This document shows, piece by piece, positions 25,628 to 39,229 of a DNA stretch of 64,000 nt. The first letter of the stretch is position 1. Every line of letters begins with the position of its first letter. Origin of the DNA: Tubulanus polymorphus (Eukaryota; Animalia; Nemertea); NCBI RefSeq assembly GCF_964204645.1, contig NC_134029.1:8334850-8398849 (forward strand). The letters are read 5' to 3'. Under the pieces are notes generated by a model. That model did not search any database. It worked only from the letters and a program-made list of their open reading frames with translations, and was not told the DNA's origin. The position numbers and the translations under genes are program-made.

Positions 25628-27494
25628 TATTATCAGCTTAATCCTAATCATGCGTACACAAGACTCTGTAATCGAAATTGATTTATAGAAGTCTTTCAGA
25701 ATGTGAATGAAAGACGACAATATCGTTAACTCTCAGCAATTCTAAGACGAAATACAAAAATTTTGTTGTTACTCATTAAAGTTAATTGTAACATGTAACC
25801 ATAGATCTAGGTCTCTGTAAGAAGAGCTGAAGCGGACTCTTAAAGCGGTGTGTGTGTATAGACACAAATTAGACGATAGGAAACGCAGCCACGAGACAGC
25901 TAAGAGTTGTTCAAACACGAATGAATAACGACGACAACGAGAAAGACGATTACGCGTTTTAAGATATCTATGACCACTTAAAATTCGTACGTGTTCCTTC
26001 CCGAATTCGTATTTGTTACACACATCAGCGTCGGACGCCGGGGCACGGTGTGCGCAGAATCTACTACTACCGCGAACTTAATTAACCGCGAGTTACGACC
26101 GCGCTATTGTGATCTCTTAATTCGGCGGCTTCATAAATCTAAACGGCTACGCGACGAAGCTGACATATCTACGATCGACGGAATTGTGCTTTACAACGAG
26201 TTTATGGACTGAACTTTAATCAACACTCGCCGGGGTGTGTGCCGCGGGTAGCGTTGAACCGGGGTAGTTGAATGCGATCATTGCGATCATTGCGATCATC
26301 ACGCGGGCGCCTAGTACACACAACGATGCAGTGTATGGTAGCTAGATAGGAACAGATATTGTATTGATCGCGCTCTTCGCCACCTCAAGGGTTGATGAGA
26401 ACTCTACCTTGCCGTGGCAAGTCTAGTTTATCGGATTTGATCTGATTCGGATCATCCACCTCCACCCGACACCGGCAACAATTCATATCCGGTATTCTCA
26501 TTTATATTTTGTCCCAATATGAATATTCCGGGTCCAGTCTCACGGTCTCATCCTGTTTTGGCAGAGAGCTTTTTCGTTTTGCCAACAAATAAGAAATTGG
26601 CGCCAGAGTATGCTTGATATTGCCCTTTTGTACATCAAAGTGCCCTTTTGGGATATGACAATTTCTTCAAAATCAGCCCCTGGATCCTGTTGCTCTACTG
26701 CCTTAATGAAGTATCATTTTTGATTGGAAAGTGCTGAAATCCCATAAACTCAAACGACAATGATTGGATTTCCTGCTCAGAGCCACAATGCTTGATGGTT
26801 CGACTTCCTATAAAAGGGAGTTCCAAATTCTGGTTAAAAGGAACTAAACTTAATTAAGTCCGAATATGCATCAGTAGCATTACGATTGATTTTGAACGGA
26901 AATAGGCTTAGCCTGGCTTCTATCTCAGGCATTCGTGGAAATAACAAGACAACTGGGCCTCTATTGAATTAGTCTTTGAAGCCTCAAATACATGTACAGA
27001 AACACTAAAAGAGTAATTTCATCTCTCAATTTGTGCTTCATGTATAGAGGCCTTCCACAAAAACTTCACATCAAGATCCTGTATTCAAAATATATTCGGC
27101 ATGCATTTTTTTCGAAATTTGTACGAAATGAAAACCTTGGCATTGATGGCGTGTCCATTGGCAAATCTCGTCGTAAAGCATGAATTAATTACTGATAAGT
27201 GTCGTCGCTCAATGAGCTCATAAAATATATTCACTCAAGTAAGCAAACAACTATAATAGAGAATTGGCAAACACGCCACGAGAGGCTTCAGTCAACAAAC
27301 CGTGCACGATTACACTTTTACTTATTGTTTTGTGTTGAAGTTGAACCGACCGCGACATTTACAATGGCTGAAAAACCCCTATTTTTGTATTTTTGTATAA
27401 TTGGTACGTCGTGAATTGTTTCCATATTTAGATAATGATTATATGGGCTTATTGGCCTCCTCCTCAGTTTATTTGTGTTGACAAAATTATTGTT

Positions 27495-27693
27495 AGGCTA
27501 AAAAATTGACACCTTGTTTCTCATTTCTACTGCACTTAAAACCTGACCAGGCCGGCCGGCCTCCTATCTACCCATACAAACGAATTTCGTCCATGTAACA
27601 GACCCAGCAGCCATAGAAATGTGGACTACAAATTTTGTTTACAAACGTGATCTGGCCCATTAGGAGAAACAAGGTATCATTTTATTTTAGTCT
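27495..27693. mobile_element. MITE with ~28-bp TIRs
   Basis: AGGCTAAAAAATTGACACCTTGTTTCTC ... GAGAAACAAGGTATCATTTTATTTTAGTCT. Confidence 0.65.
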
Positions 27694-27760
27694 GATTGAT
27701 AAAATATAACTCTATAACCCTATATGTATATATCCCTATGTGTACATATACACATGACAT

Positions 27761-28078
27761 CATCCTCCACCGGCAGCGATTCGAACTGATGGTATCGAGA
27801 TTGCCACGGTACGAAACCCTGCCACACTAGACCGAGTGCGCAGCTTAGATGATGTCATTATCAGCCAATCAGATATCCCGTTTTATTTTAGCCCGGGTTT
27901 TCCCATTTATAGTTCTTCCGTGAAATTTACCTCTTTGATTATACGAGCAATCTGATTGGTGCCGCAAGTGCGGCAAAGCTGCGCATGTACCTGCGCACCC
28001 GGTCTACTGTCGCAGGGGTTCGTGCCGTGGCTGAGTGTAGCGATGCCATCAGGTTCGAATCCCTGCCATGGGAGGATG
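27761..28078 (+). mobile_element. Mutator-like MITE with 9-bp target duplication and tRNA-like TIRs (family M6, copy 1)
   Basis: ACATGACAT|CATCCTCC...GGCAGCGATTCGAAC ... GGTTCGAATCCCTGCCATGGGAGGATG|ACATGACAT; reverse-complement copy at 44811-45149. Confidence 0.85.
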
Positions 28079-28330
28079 ACATGACATAAGGATAGATTTT
28101 GTACATATGAACGTAACGCAATCCAGTTGGAACAAGTACCGGTAACTACAGTCTAAAGAGGGCAGTTCCTATCATATAGCATAGGGTTTTTTCTCAATCA
28201 AAGTACTAATATAGAATTGGAAACTAAAGCGATAAGGCTCGTGTCAGGTGATAATCGGATTACCTCTCTTCGTTTGACATATATATTTTGATTTTGAGGC
28301 GGTGGCCTTGATTCCAAGCAATACATAGCA

Positions 28331-28440
<110 letters not shown>

Positions 28441-28879
28441 ATCAGACTTTATTGAACTCCGGTAAAATCAGAATTACTAATACAACCACTGATAACCGGT
28501 ATAGCGATTAGAAGGACCGTTACATATTTACATACTTTGATTTTTTATTCTGGCAAATTCCACAACTGAATTCATTTACGCGTAATTCATCGAGCCGACT
28601 ATTGAAGAGATACGCTCGCTGCTGGGTACACGAGTGGGCTGAAAAATCTTCGCTAATAAACTCGAAGAAAATCTAACAAGACTGTAGTTTCCCTCCCGAC
28701 TAGATCTCTCGTCCTATTTAGCATATAGAAGACGCGTAAATTTTTCGCATGCGACAAGAAAACAATCACATACATTACAATTATACCGGGTTATTAATGG
28801 AAACTAAATGTCACCTTTGAGATAAGCAGGAAGTGTCAGGATTAGTCGATAAATGCGTCTGTCAGTCGGCAAATACTAC

Positions 28880-28896
28880 TAGCGCCATCTACTGAA
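28880..28896 (-). promoter_or_regulatory. CTCF-like motif
   Basis: Minus strand reads TTCAGTAGATGGCGCTA, close to the CCASYAGRKGGCRS core; motif match only. Confidence 0.3.
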
Positions 28897-30358
28897 CGCT
28901 GATAGAATCAAAATTTACTGTTATTGCCTTTGACTCACCTCCCATCATAGGAGCCTACCGAGATCGCCATCGCCATATTGGTCTTAAATCTTAAGTTGTT
29001 TAAGTAGGCTAGACCTAAACTTAGATCCAAACGATGTAAAGCAGGATAAACAAGACGACAGTTGTTGCCGCCTGTTAAAGGCCTAAATAAGTGACAGTGA
29101 ATCAGTTAGATACATAGAAAATGCTGAACCAATGACATTTCGCGCCTCGGCCGTAGCCCGCATCTACTCGCGACGACGATGACCGAAACGCAATATCCCA
29201 CGCTAATTCTCTAACTAATATTAATCGGTAACAACCTCAATTTCCCGGACGAACCACTCAATTCGCATAGACTCGTGAATAGCGTCGATGACGCAATCGA
29301 TGGCGCAAACGCCATATAAGTACGTCATTAGCGACGACGCGAGGAAAAAAATAGAAACGTCCAACAACTCGCGAACCGCCCCGCGCATCCATAGCTTGCG
29401 ATGTAAACGTCATCGCGGGATTAGCCGCCGTACCTAGAAGCGACGACTTACAAATACATGGATTTGGTTTTTTCTCGGGGACGAACAGCACTCCCGAGAT
29501 TGACTGACGGCTAGTGTCGCAAGGATTGCATTTTGTGATTGATCGCGGCTATGTTGTTTACAAATTTGTTGCATCTCGCGTACAGACACTCCGTAGAGTA
29601 GCGTCAGGCTCCATTCAATGCCTGACCACGCGTAATAAGCTCCATCTCATTTAAATTTCGATGCCGCGGAATCGTAGAGACAACGACATCCGCTTAATGA
29701 CCATTTCCACTTCACTTTGCATACGTTGATATACTTTCCATATTGCACGAAATCTACAGCGCGATGGACACCAGAATAGATGAAAAATACGCATATATTG
29801 TATCAGTTTCATAGACAAGTTGTGACTTTTTATTCCGTTCTATCCACCAACAACTTATCTCGAGATCGAACGCGGTATTCTCCATATGCTGGAATTGCGA
29901 AGGAGTTGCTTTCCTTGTTAGGTGTATGACGTTGTGGCAGCTGAAGAAAATAAGGCTTTCAATTCCCCAAAAATAGAGAAAATCAAGCTTAATTTTGGAG
30001 TAATCTTCTATTTTTCACATAGCTCAATATATTTCAAAGCTATTATCAGCATTGATAGAATATTGACATCCACTCTGGTAGGCAGCGGGTATCTTATAGG
30101 GGGTGGCTGATTTTATGAGGGGCGGATTTAAGAATGAAAGGGTTGGCAGGCCCTCTAAAACCTGTTGTGGAGAACACTGGAACAAACCTATGAAATAATG
30201 GTAGTTAGTCAGCACTACCATTCACTGGATCAGATCACCTAAGTCAGCAGGGTGAGTATGACCAATGGTATGACCCATGCCGACATTCCCGGAGCTGGAT
30301 GTAACAAAAAAGGGGGTAAAATTATGAACTGACGGATTTGACAAAATTGCTTCTCGTT

Positions 30359-30470
30359 AGCAGCAATCACACGGAAATGATTTGGAGCTAAAATTTGGCT
30401 CGGGCCTGGTCCGACGTTTTTGGTCCGGCCAAATTTGGCCCGGGCCAAAAATGCTTGTGTGATCACGGCT
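30359..30470 (-). mobile_element. MITE family M1, 112-bp minimal deletion derivative
   Basis: Both TIRs retained: AGCAGCAATCACACGG ... TGTGTGATCACGGCT. Confidence 0.8.
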
Positions 30471-32519
30471 AATATCCGAGATTTTTGAAATAGAAAATAT
30501 TTGTATAGACGCCTTTCTATTTCTATTTTTACATTCTATTGTGTTCTATTTTCGGTAGCGTATTTTTCGACATTCCTCGGTCTTGACAACCTTTCGAGGG
30601 GCGGATTTTCGTATTAGAATTCACGACTAATCGCAGTCGCCAAAGATACGAACGACAATCATGGAAACAAAAGAACGCCTGCTGCATAGTCTTTAGCGAA
30701 ATATCTCGGAAAATCTTCTCAGCTCTCTTCTGAAAATCGATAGCTGATGAAGCGTACATTTTTAAATGGCGCGAACAATGAAAATAGTACGAAACGATTC
30801 AATCGCGAAAACGCTCTCTGCCCGAAGGCCCATGGGTGAACGGGAACGCAGATTTATGTTTTGTCTCGGGCGGACAATAGACGAGCAGCAAAGGATTTTC
30901 TCAACGACGACGCCGACGAAGTCGTGAGAATCTGCGCTACAGAGCAAAGACAAAGGTGATAAGTTATTCATCGGCGGTGGCAGGGTTGACTGATCGGTGA
31001 ACGTCGAGACTTTATATATCGAGGATCAGCAACACTTGACGGTCACACGCTCATCGACGAAATACCGGGGAAAACACTCGACGTTTTAATGGAAGATTAT
31101 TGTCCGAGAGATGGCCAGGGCCCCCATCGTCGTCGCCGTCGTCTTCGGCTAATCTCCGTCGTCAAGGTCTGTCATTAACGTACTTAAAGCGTTCGCTTCG
31201 TCGTTACCACCGCGCGCGAGACACCAGACGGCACAGGTCGCCAGTCATCGGATGTACCGAGTAAACCGAGAAACAAAGGACGCTGACGTTCGTATGATCT
31301 TCGGTTTAGTCTTGATAAAGCTAATAGGCGCTAATACGTCAACAACGAAATTGTATCAAAATATCTCTCATCACGCCGAAAGGCTGTCCGTATATCATAA
31401 AAGGCACTGAGGACTCGAACTTGTAACCTTTAAAAAGCACTGGTCATAAAGCGATTCATAATAACACAACCCAGAATAACGCAATTGTCGCATCTGTTAC
31501 TGTCGCATCATTGACATGAGACGTACACTGCGAAACATAAATACCTTTTTCGAATATGCTTATACTGCAAAGACGCAACTCTTTGGAATCAAGGCCAGCC
31601 TTGAGACAATTGAGTCAATTCTCCATACAGAATCATGACTGCAAGAGTAAAACAAGGACTTAGACTTAAACTTTTGGATAAGAAAATTTCACAGGCATAG
31701 TCTCCTCGCCTAATTTGAGGTTTCTGGGCTTGAGAAATTTGTTTTCGAACTTGCTTCAATACAAAGTTGGTGGAAGCTATCAATTGGTCAACTGTCATTA
31801 AGCTTCACTGGTTTACGCGTCATGATATGCATAGTAAATCATAATGAAATGATAAGGCGGATGGCAATATCGGTCCATTTAATGGAAAATAAACAGTCCA
31901 CTGGTGTTTTTAAGATCACAAAATAATGAAATAATTAATTTCCACAGTAGTAGCTGCCACTTCGTAAGAAGCAGTGTAGTCTGAGAGCCGTACGGATGTT
32001 GTCAATGTATTAATTGCTTTTGTCTCGCCAGTGACGCTTGAACAAAGGCGACCTTGCCGTGGGTACGTGCCACCGCGCTGTATACGCACGGTGCAGAACG
32101 CGTGGCTGACGGGGAGTAGTGACTCAAAAACGCCGAGACACGTGAAATCATATCTGCAGTTATCGGTAAATAGTATTACGAAGACACCAGCAGCAAAGTA
32201 ACGAGCGCGCGCACACACAATGGAGAGTTACACAATACAAATGGTTAACACCATTGTCTCATGAAGTTTTTACAGATTAAGGTGATTCATCGACTGAATT
32301 AAAACAAACCACTCCAAAAATTAAGACACTGGCGACACTTTCTTGTTCGTCTCGTTATTATTTCGAAAACCGGAAATGGATACTAAAAAAATAATATGGC
32401 GGAATCTCTCTAAATCGGAAGACATACCTAACATTGGTCACAATGCAGCGAGGACCGAAAAAGAACCAGATATCAGTATCTCGTAGTTTCTTACATGACC
32501 CATTTAATTTCACCATGGA

Positions 32520-32687
<168 letters not shown>

Positions 32688-32805
32688 GTAATTCGACTGG
32701 ATTGTCCCGCTGGGGATGATGACACAAACCAGTCTAGAGGCAGGAATAGGATACCATTCCAAGACAGGACTATTAGTAAAATCGGTTTGGCCTTATGAGT
32801 AATAT

Positions 32806-32960
32806 CAGGGCCGTACCTAGCGGGGGCAAGCGGTCTGGTATTTGCTCTCGGAAATTTTGGAAAAGCGCCCTTTTTGCAACTTCTATTGTCATATCCAATA
32901 GAACTGCCTTTTTTCAGGTCTCTCTGCCCCCTGCAAATTCAAATGCAAGATACGGCCATA
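32806..32960. mobile_element. MITE with CAGGGCCGTA-type termini
   Basis: CAGGGCCGTACCTAGCGGGGGCA ... TGCCCCCTG..AGATACGGCC; a similar element lies at 36087-36295. Confidence 0.5.
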
Positions 32961-34194
32961 TATATATATATATATATATTCCACCATTTCTGCTGCTATT
33001 CTGTTTCAGTTATACCTAATTCAACCATGGACTTGTTTGATGTTTCGATTTTGACCTACGCGCATTAAAACTTATCGAATTGTATCTAGATTCTGAGGAG
33101 ACACCAACGACCAAAAGCGTTGACAGCGAGGGCATAAAGACAATGACCGCGATGTCTCTTTCACTCGTGGCACCAGCGAACAGAGAGAATAAACCGGCTC
33201 TTCGAGTTTTTTCATGATTAATGATTCATTAATAGAAAAGAGACCTGTCACAGGAGGGTCATTTATACCGATCAATCATCGGCGATATTCTATATTCATT
33301 ATTAGTTCATTTGATTCTCGCAATGATAAAAACATCGCAGCCGAATTAAGAGCAACAGCGGCCACTGTACCTGACTCGAGATTGAACGGGTCGAGGGGTG
33401 GGGGAGAGCAGAGAGCAGGACCGTGGGGGTTCTAAAATATTCTAAAAACTAGTCAGACTGTTTGGAACGGACCTGGATCGGTCTTTAAGGTTGGTCTTTA
33501 AATTGGGAATGATCTAAAATGGAGCAGACCATGGACTCTAGTCCATGACTAATGTGGAACAAAGTGGAACCGGCCAAATTTAGGCCCTCTAAACATTGTA
33601 GTGTAAACGTAGCTTTAGTTTAGCTCAATGATACATCAAAGGAAATATCAAGCAGAAAAGTTACATTTACAGCTATTACAACGCAATACATGTATACTAA
33701 ATGTGTTCATCTATATTACTTAAGACATTCATTGTATCAACGGAAATCACTCAGAGACCATATCATTATCTGAAATTTTCCAAAATTGTCGTCTGGGTGC
33801 CCCAGACCTCCTTGGAGTAGAGAGGTAGAGAAGGATTCTTCAAAGCTTACTATCGAAACTTGCTGAACTTGGAGCAGTTCACGCGGCATACCCATGATAA
33901 ACCCGATAAGAGCTATACGGAAACAAGGTGTAACTTACAGATAAAACACTCATACCATGTAGGCTGACGTTTAGCTGAAGTTACTACAATTTGTTGATTT
34001 GATACGTCAGACATTAAAGAGAAGAAACAAGCTCATATCAAATTGCTGTTGCTCTCTGTATATGGTCGGGTAAAGATCATCATATGTACATACGTATTAG
34101 ACATAGCTTCATCTCTCCATGCACTGATGGATTTGTGGTTTTGTATTAGAAATGTGTCTAAAACTGCAGTGAAATATATAGACAGTATAGACCC

Positions 34195-34378
34195 AGCGTT
34201 CACACTAGCGGAAGAAGCCGTTCCAAATTGGTCCATTCCATTTTATACGTTCCTATTTGGACCGACCTAAAAGACCGATCCAAGTCTGTACCGAATTTTG
34301 GAATGGACAAAATCTGAGATTGTGGACAGAGACTAGCTCCACATCCGTTCTGAATCATATTCTGCAGTATGAATTTAA
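34195..34378 (+). mobile_element. MITE family M5, partial
   Basis: Aligns with 21653-21815 (TTCACACTAG..., GACCTAAAAGACCGATCCA). Confidence 0.7.
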
Positions 34379-35309
34379 TTGTAATAAACTGGTCACCAAT
34401 TCCTCATCAAGCTGATTAATATAGTTTTCAGATATTCAATTTCTATACCGGCCATGTACAAGGACCCGTTAGGAACGGTCTATCTAGTGATACTATGACT
34501 GCAGCTTATCTTTTTTATAAAAGGTGTGATAAATACGACACTTAACTACACTCGAATAGCGGGTAAAGTAGGGCCTCATCTGTTCCGATACATGACGACC
34601 GTGTAAATGATTAAGAAACACGTATTTAAGTAACATCTACAGAAAGAGAATGAAACAGTGGACAAAGCGAAGCACGGGTAACTCGTAATTCGCGATCGGA
34701 TTCGAGTTCTTTGTTCGCGCGGCGCGCGGGGCCCGGTCGACGGCGGCCGGCGATCGAGAGAAAGCGCATCGCTTTATCCGACGTCACGTGTCGCGCCGAC
34801 GCGGAGTCACCACCGGAGCCGGGGATCGTCGTCGAACGAGATAACAGCCGTCGTTTGCGCCGAACAAAGAGCCGAAATTGTTTTTTCGAAAAAGAGACTT
34901 CAAGGCAGATGGCAAACCTGCTCTCTCGCCGAATGACGCCGTAATTACAACGTTCTTTGTTCGCCGTGAATTATGAGTAATTTTTTATTGGCCTACGAGT
35001 GACAAACGAATTTCCTTCCTTATCGGGGCAACGCGCGCAATAATTATGAATCATAAGTGGTTTTTCGGCTTTGTTACTAATATTCGCGATTCGTATCATC
35101 GACGATCAGGAATCATTTCAACCACGATACGATCTAAATCCACTGCTGACGACGATTTCTTATGATGAAAATAATCGTCAAGATATCGTCGTAATAACGT
35201 CGATTTTTATCGTTCTAGTCCTTTGTATACAGGACGATTTTGCAAGTCTAAATCGTAAGCCACAATGTGGCACCACAAGTGTCATTACATACACTTATAC
35301 TCGCTTTTC

Positions 35310-35515
35310 ATTATAATCATTACTATTATCATTATCATTACATTATTTCTATTATCGTTATCACTAATTATTATCATAATCATCATTATTATTATTACTA
35401 TTACTACTACTGCTATCATTACTTTATAACTACAATTATTACTATTATTATTACTTTCTATTTATTATTATTTATCATTATTATTTATTATTATCTTTAT
35501 CATTATCATCATTTA
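35310..35515. repeat. Degenerate (TAT/CAT/TAC)n low-complexity tract
   Basis: Trinucleotide-periodic AT-rich sequence. Confidence 0.9.
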
Positions 35516-37137
35516 GTTTATTTCATTTCTAAAAAGTACGATACCAAAATTTCAGTCATCACTATTACATAAAAGTTATATAAAGTCATTGTAAAGCGTA
35601 GTAAAGAAAAAGGACGAAAATGCCCTGGCGGAATGAGAATTGGACGGGTAGTTGATCAAGAAATGGACGGAAAGATGATAACAAGTAAGAATAGCTATTG
35701 GTACGATCCTAGTATATGCCTCTTCAAATTCAGCTTGAATATATCAATGGCTGTAGAGCGCACACTTTTTAGGCGATTGCAAATTAAATCATCTTCCGAT
35801 ATCCTGTGCATGCTTGATATTGACCACTCATGTTGTCGGCGACTTTTTGTCAGCAGATAACGGTCATCGGTGACGTCTGACGACTTCCAGCCGGTTCTCT
35901 TCGTCGCGACAAAAATCGGCAAGAAAACGTCATATGTGCGGCCGGCCTCTCTGGTCACTCTGAAAGCTAGAAATCGAACTGGCATTGGCGGTGTTCACGC
36001 AAGGATTTCAGTAAGGTAATGAGTGTTAGCGGTTGAATATTTTTCACGGCTCATTCGGAATGGTGCTAAAATACCGGGTTTTTTAGCAGGCCCGTGCCAG
36101 GCTTTTTGAGGGTACCTAAATCAAGCATTTGAGAATGGATAGTTTTCAATTTCAATTGAAAAACGTGAAAATTTTATCTATATTTCGAAAAAGCTTGACC
36201 CAATTGTTGACACTGACTCTTTGAAGGACACTTTTGGGGGGAAAATTTTGGAGGGTTCATTCGCTACCCTCGAATCCCCCCTCGGTACGGACTTGAAAGC
36301 GATGGCAGCTGATCAGCAAAACGTGATGAAAACAATGAAATGATGTCGAAATTGCGTCACAAATTTCACATGAATTATGCAGCAACTAAACGTTTTTTTA
36401 ACAGAACTGTTATAAGATCTATCTTATAATTTATAATCCCACGGGACGGATGTCGTATCGCGTACTTAAGGCATGCACTGATGGATCCTTTCGTTGAGAA
36501 GAAACTTTTGAAATGATGACAAGTCGAAGGAACCGACAAATCTGGTTTAAAAATGTCAGTCACTCATTAAGTGAATCATTTGCAAAAGACAAAGCCTTTC
36601 GAATATTTACATTTATCGAGATCAGAATAAACAACAAACTTGATTCGACACGCAGGGCATGTGCGCCAGAGCACTGGGTGTTGCAATGAAATATTCTCCA
36701 GTTTTATAAAGCTTATTGAAAATATTTGTAAACTCCTCCGCAACGGCGAGATAAGAGTGCTCAACTGCCGCAGACTCCTTGTCAGAATTGTCCGTGAAGT
36801 ATCGAATTCGAATAACGTGACAGCAAGTAATGATGTTTGTCTTGAAATTAGTCAGGAAATTGTTTCTATTTTTTATTTGTACTGACGCATTACAGCGTGC
36901 TGCTGCTGCGCCGTAAGAAGCGAGTGACCAATAGCATTTTTGAATATAAAGGAGACTCCGCGAAATCATGATTTAGAATCATAATCGTATGCAATTTTTT
37001 AGACCTTGAAATGGGTAGAAGCCTTTATTGAGCCATTCTAGAGGCAGGAATAGAATACATGTAATACATATAATAATATACAATAACATATCCCTATAAA
37101 TCAGCACCGTTAACAAGGGCAAACGAAGAATCCCACA

Positions 37138-37336
37138 ATCAGAGAATCCCACAATAATAACAAACAAGTTTCCTTGAGTATAGTTTATTCGATGTTTTGA
37201 CTATGTCATGATAGTCTTCATCAGTTCTGCTGATGAAGAATATAGTCGAAACGTCGAACAAACTAAACTAAACTCAAGGAAACATTTTCGGACTTGAGAT
37301 TTTTTTCGTTAATATTGTGGAATTCTCTATAGATTA
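37138..37336. mobile_element. Penelope-like inverted-repeat remnant with a hammerhead-like core on each strand
   Basis: Same family as 14126-14494. Plus strand: CTGATGA...ATAGTC-GAAA-CG-TC-GAAC (37230-37259). Minus strand: CTGATGA-A-GACTAT-CATGAC-ATAGTC-AAAA-CA-TC-GAAT. Confidence 0.7.
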
Positions 37337-37596
37337 GTAATTAGATGAGAGAGACTATAGTTTGAGTGACCGCTAGTTAACAAATTAATTAAGGAAGCCA
37401 TCTCTTAACGACGGGAATCGCGACGACACAAACACTTTTGTTCTAGAGACAGAAGAGAACAATGCTCCAGCGACGGGAGTTGGAATTCGAGAGAACAACA
37501 CAAGACAGGTGTCGCCACATGATGGTAGTTTCTGACACTGACTTTTACCCATTTTTCGGGTTCATGCTTTACGGAAAGCCCTTTTAAAACTGGAGA
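37337..37596 (+). repeat. 260-bp direct repeat, copy 1
   Basis: GTAATTAGATGAGAGAG...AAAACTGGAGA; appears identical to 38614-38873. Confidence 0.95.
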
Positions 37597-38613
37597 TGTC
37601 CAAAACCTCCCCTAAGCCCCCTCTACGTATTAATACCGCCTTTGGGCAACCCACATATCCAATAGTTAAGGCTTATGGCTTATTGCTATCTATCAGCGCG
37701 CCAGGCTTTTTCAGTGAGAAATTAAAAGCCCGTTGATCTACTTTTTTTCGGCAACGTGGACGTTAAATATATGGCCATTACGCAAGCGAAATGCGGGCAA
37801 AGATTAACCGGATTATTCATACGATCGCGATTCGACGTAGGCGTCGACGAGGGACCGACGTTACCGCCGGCGGGGGACACTCTGCCATCAGAAACATTTA
37901 CGGACATAAAATACGCACGACGTCGGACACGCCGAACGGACCGGGTGCGATCGACTGATGAAACGCTGCTGCATAGTGGATTAACGAAATTAACGGAAAG
38001 TTATTGGCCGAGTACGTCAGCGCGACAGAGTCGCCGGGGAGCCGATCATTGCGCGAATAATGGCTGCACAGAAACCATCCGACCAAATGAGCCTCTCGCC
38101 CGACTAATAATATCGGGGTCGCTCTTCGACGCATGCGCATCGTCGTCGTTCAAGCCGACCTCGTGAGTACTGACTGTGTTAATCTACGCGGTGATATTCA
38201 TGTCATCGTCAAACTTTCCCTCGGTCGTAATCATCGTCATTGTCAGTCGAGGGCGAAATTCGATTTGGCGTCATCTCCGTTGCACCCTATTCGAACCGAC
38301 AAAGGTGCTAGCGGGGTCGTCATCGCTATGTGAAGACTACAATAGATGCTCGCGATGGCGGGGACGATGATGTACTCATATCTAAGCACATTGTCATCAA
38401 CACTGGGAGTATTGAGCAATAGCCAAATCAGTGTTCTCATTAATCAGTCGCTAATTAATAGCTATCAACAGGTAAACAAGACCCATTCACATAATGAAGA
38501 TACTTCATATACATCTACTGGTACATACATATATATACAGAGTCCTTAGACTGAAGGTCCTGATAACTGATCAATGTACATCAATATATCGAATCGATGT
38601 TCATGCGTGTCTG

Positions 38614-38873
38614 GTAATTAGATGAGAGAGACTATAGTTTGAGTGACCGCTAGTTAACAAATTAATTAAGGAAGCCATCTCTTAACGACGGGAATCGCGA
38701 CGACACAAACACTTTTGTTCTAGAGACAGAAGAGAACAATGCTCCAGCGACGGGAGTTGGAATTCGAGAGAACAACACAAGACAGGTGTCGCCACATGAT
38801 GGTAGTTTCTGACACTGACTTTTACCCATTTTTCGGGTTCATGCTTTACGGAAAGCCCTTTTAAAACTGGAGA
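38614..38873 (+). repeat. 260-bp direct repeat, copy 2
   Basis: Appears identical to 37337-37596; offset 1277 bp. Confidence 0.95.
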
Positions 38874-39118
38874 GTCCCCAGCACTGTATACTTTTGCATT
38901 ATATATTCACTGTAAGTCAGATTTGGAGATATGAACACGAGTATATCCCCCAGATATCCATAAAATGATCCTCATAATCAGGTCAGTCAACAACACTGCT
39001 TTTTCGTACTGAAAAATCTACTTTAAGATAGCGTTGAAATCAATTCAGCTACAGACACAAGTGCATTATTTTAGCCAGTCAGCTATCTTAGATAAAAATG
39101 ACCTAAATTTGTCTACTG

Positions 39119-39226
39119 GATCCAGTTCCACAATTGTGAGTTAAAATCTAACTCAGAGTTAATTCATCGCGAATGAACTAATTTTAACTCAGAGTTAACT
39201 GTAACTCACAACTGTTGAACTGGACC
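39119..39226. mobile_element. Palindromic MITE family M3 with CTG target duplication
   Basis: CTG|GATCCAGTTCCACAATTGTGAGTTA ... TAACTCACAACTGTTGAACTGGACC|CTG. Confidence 0.85.
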
Positions 39227-39229
39227 CTG

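Noticed and set aside
37756-38166. 136-aa ORF between the 260-bp repeats as a retroelement gene
   Set aside because: No gag, protease, RT or integrase motifs; the Arg/Thr/Ser bias reflects CpG-rich composition.
37337-38873. Canonical LTR retrotransposon or TRIM
   Set aside because: No TG...CA termini, PBS, PPT or outer target duplication on either strand.
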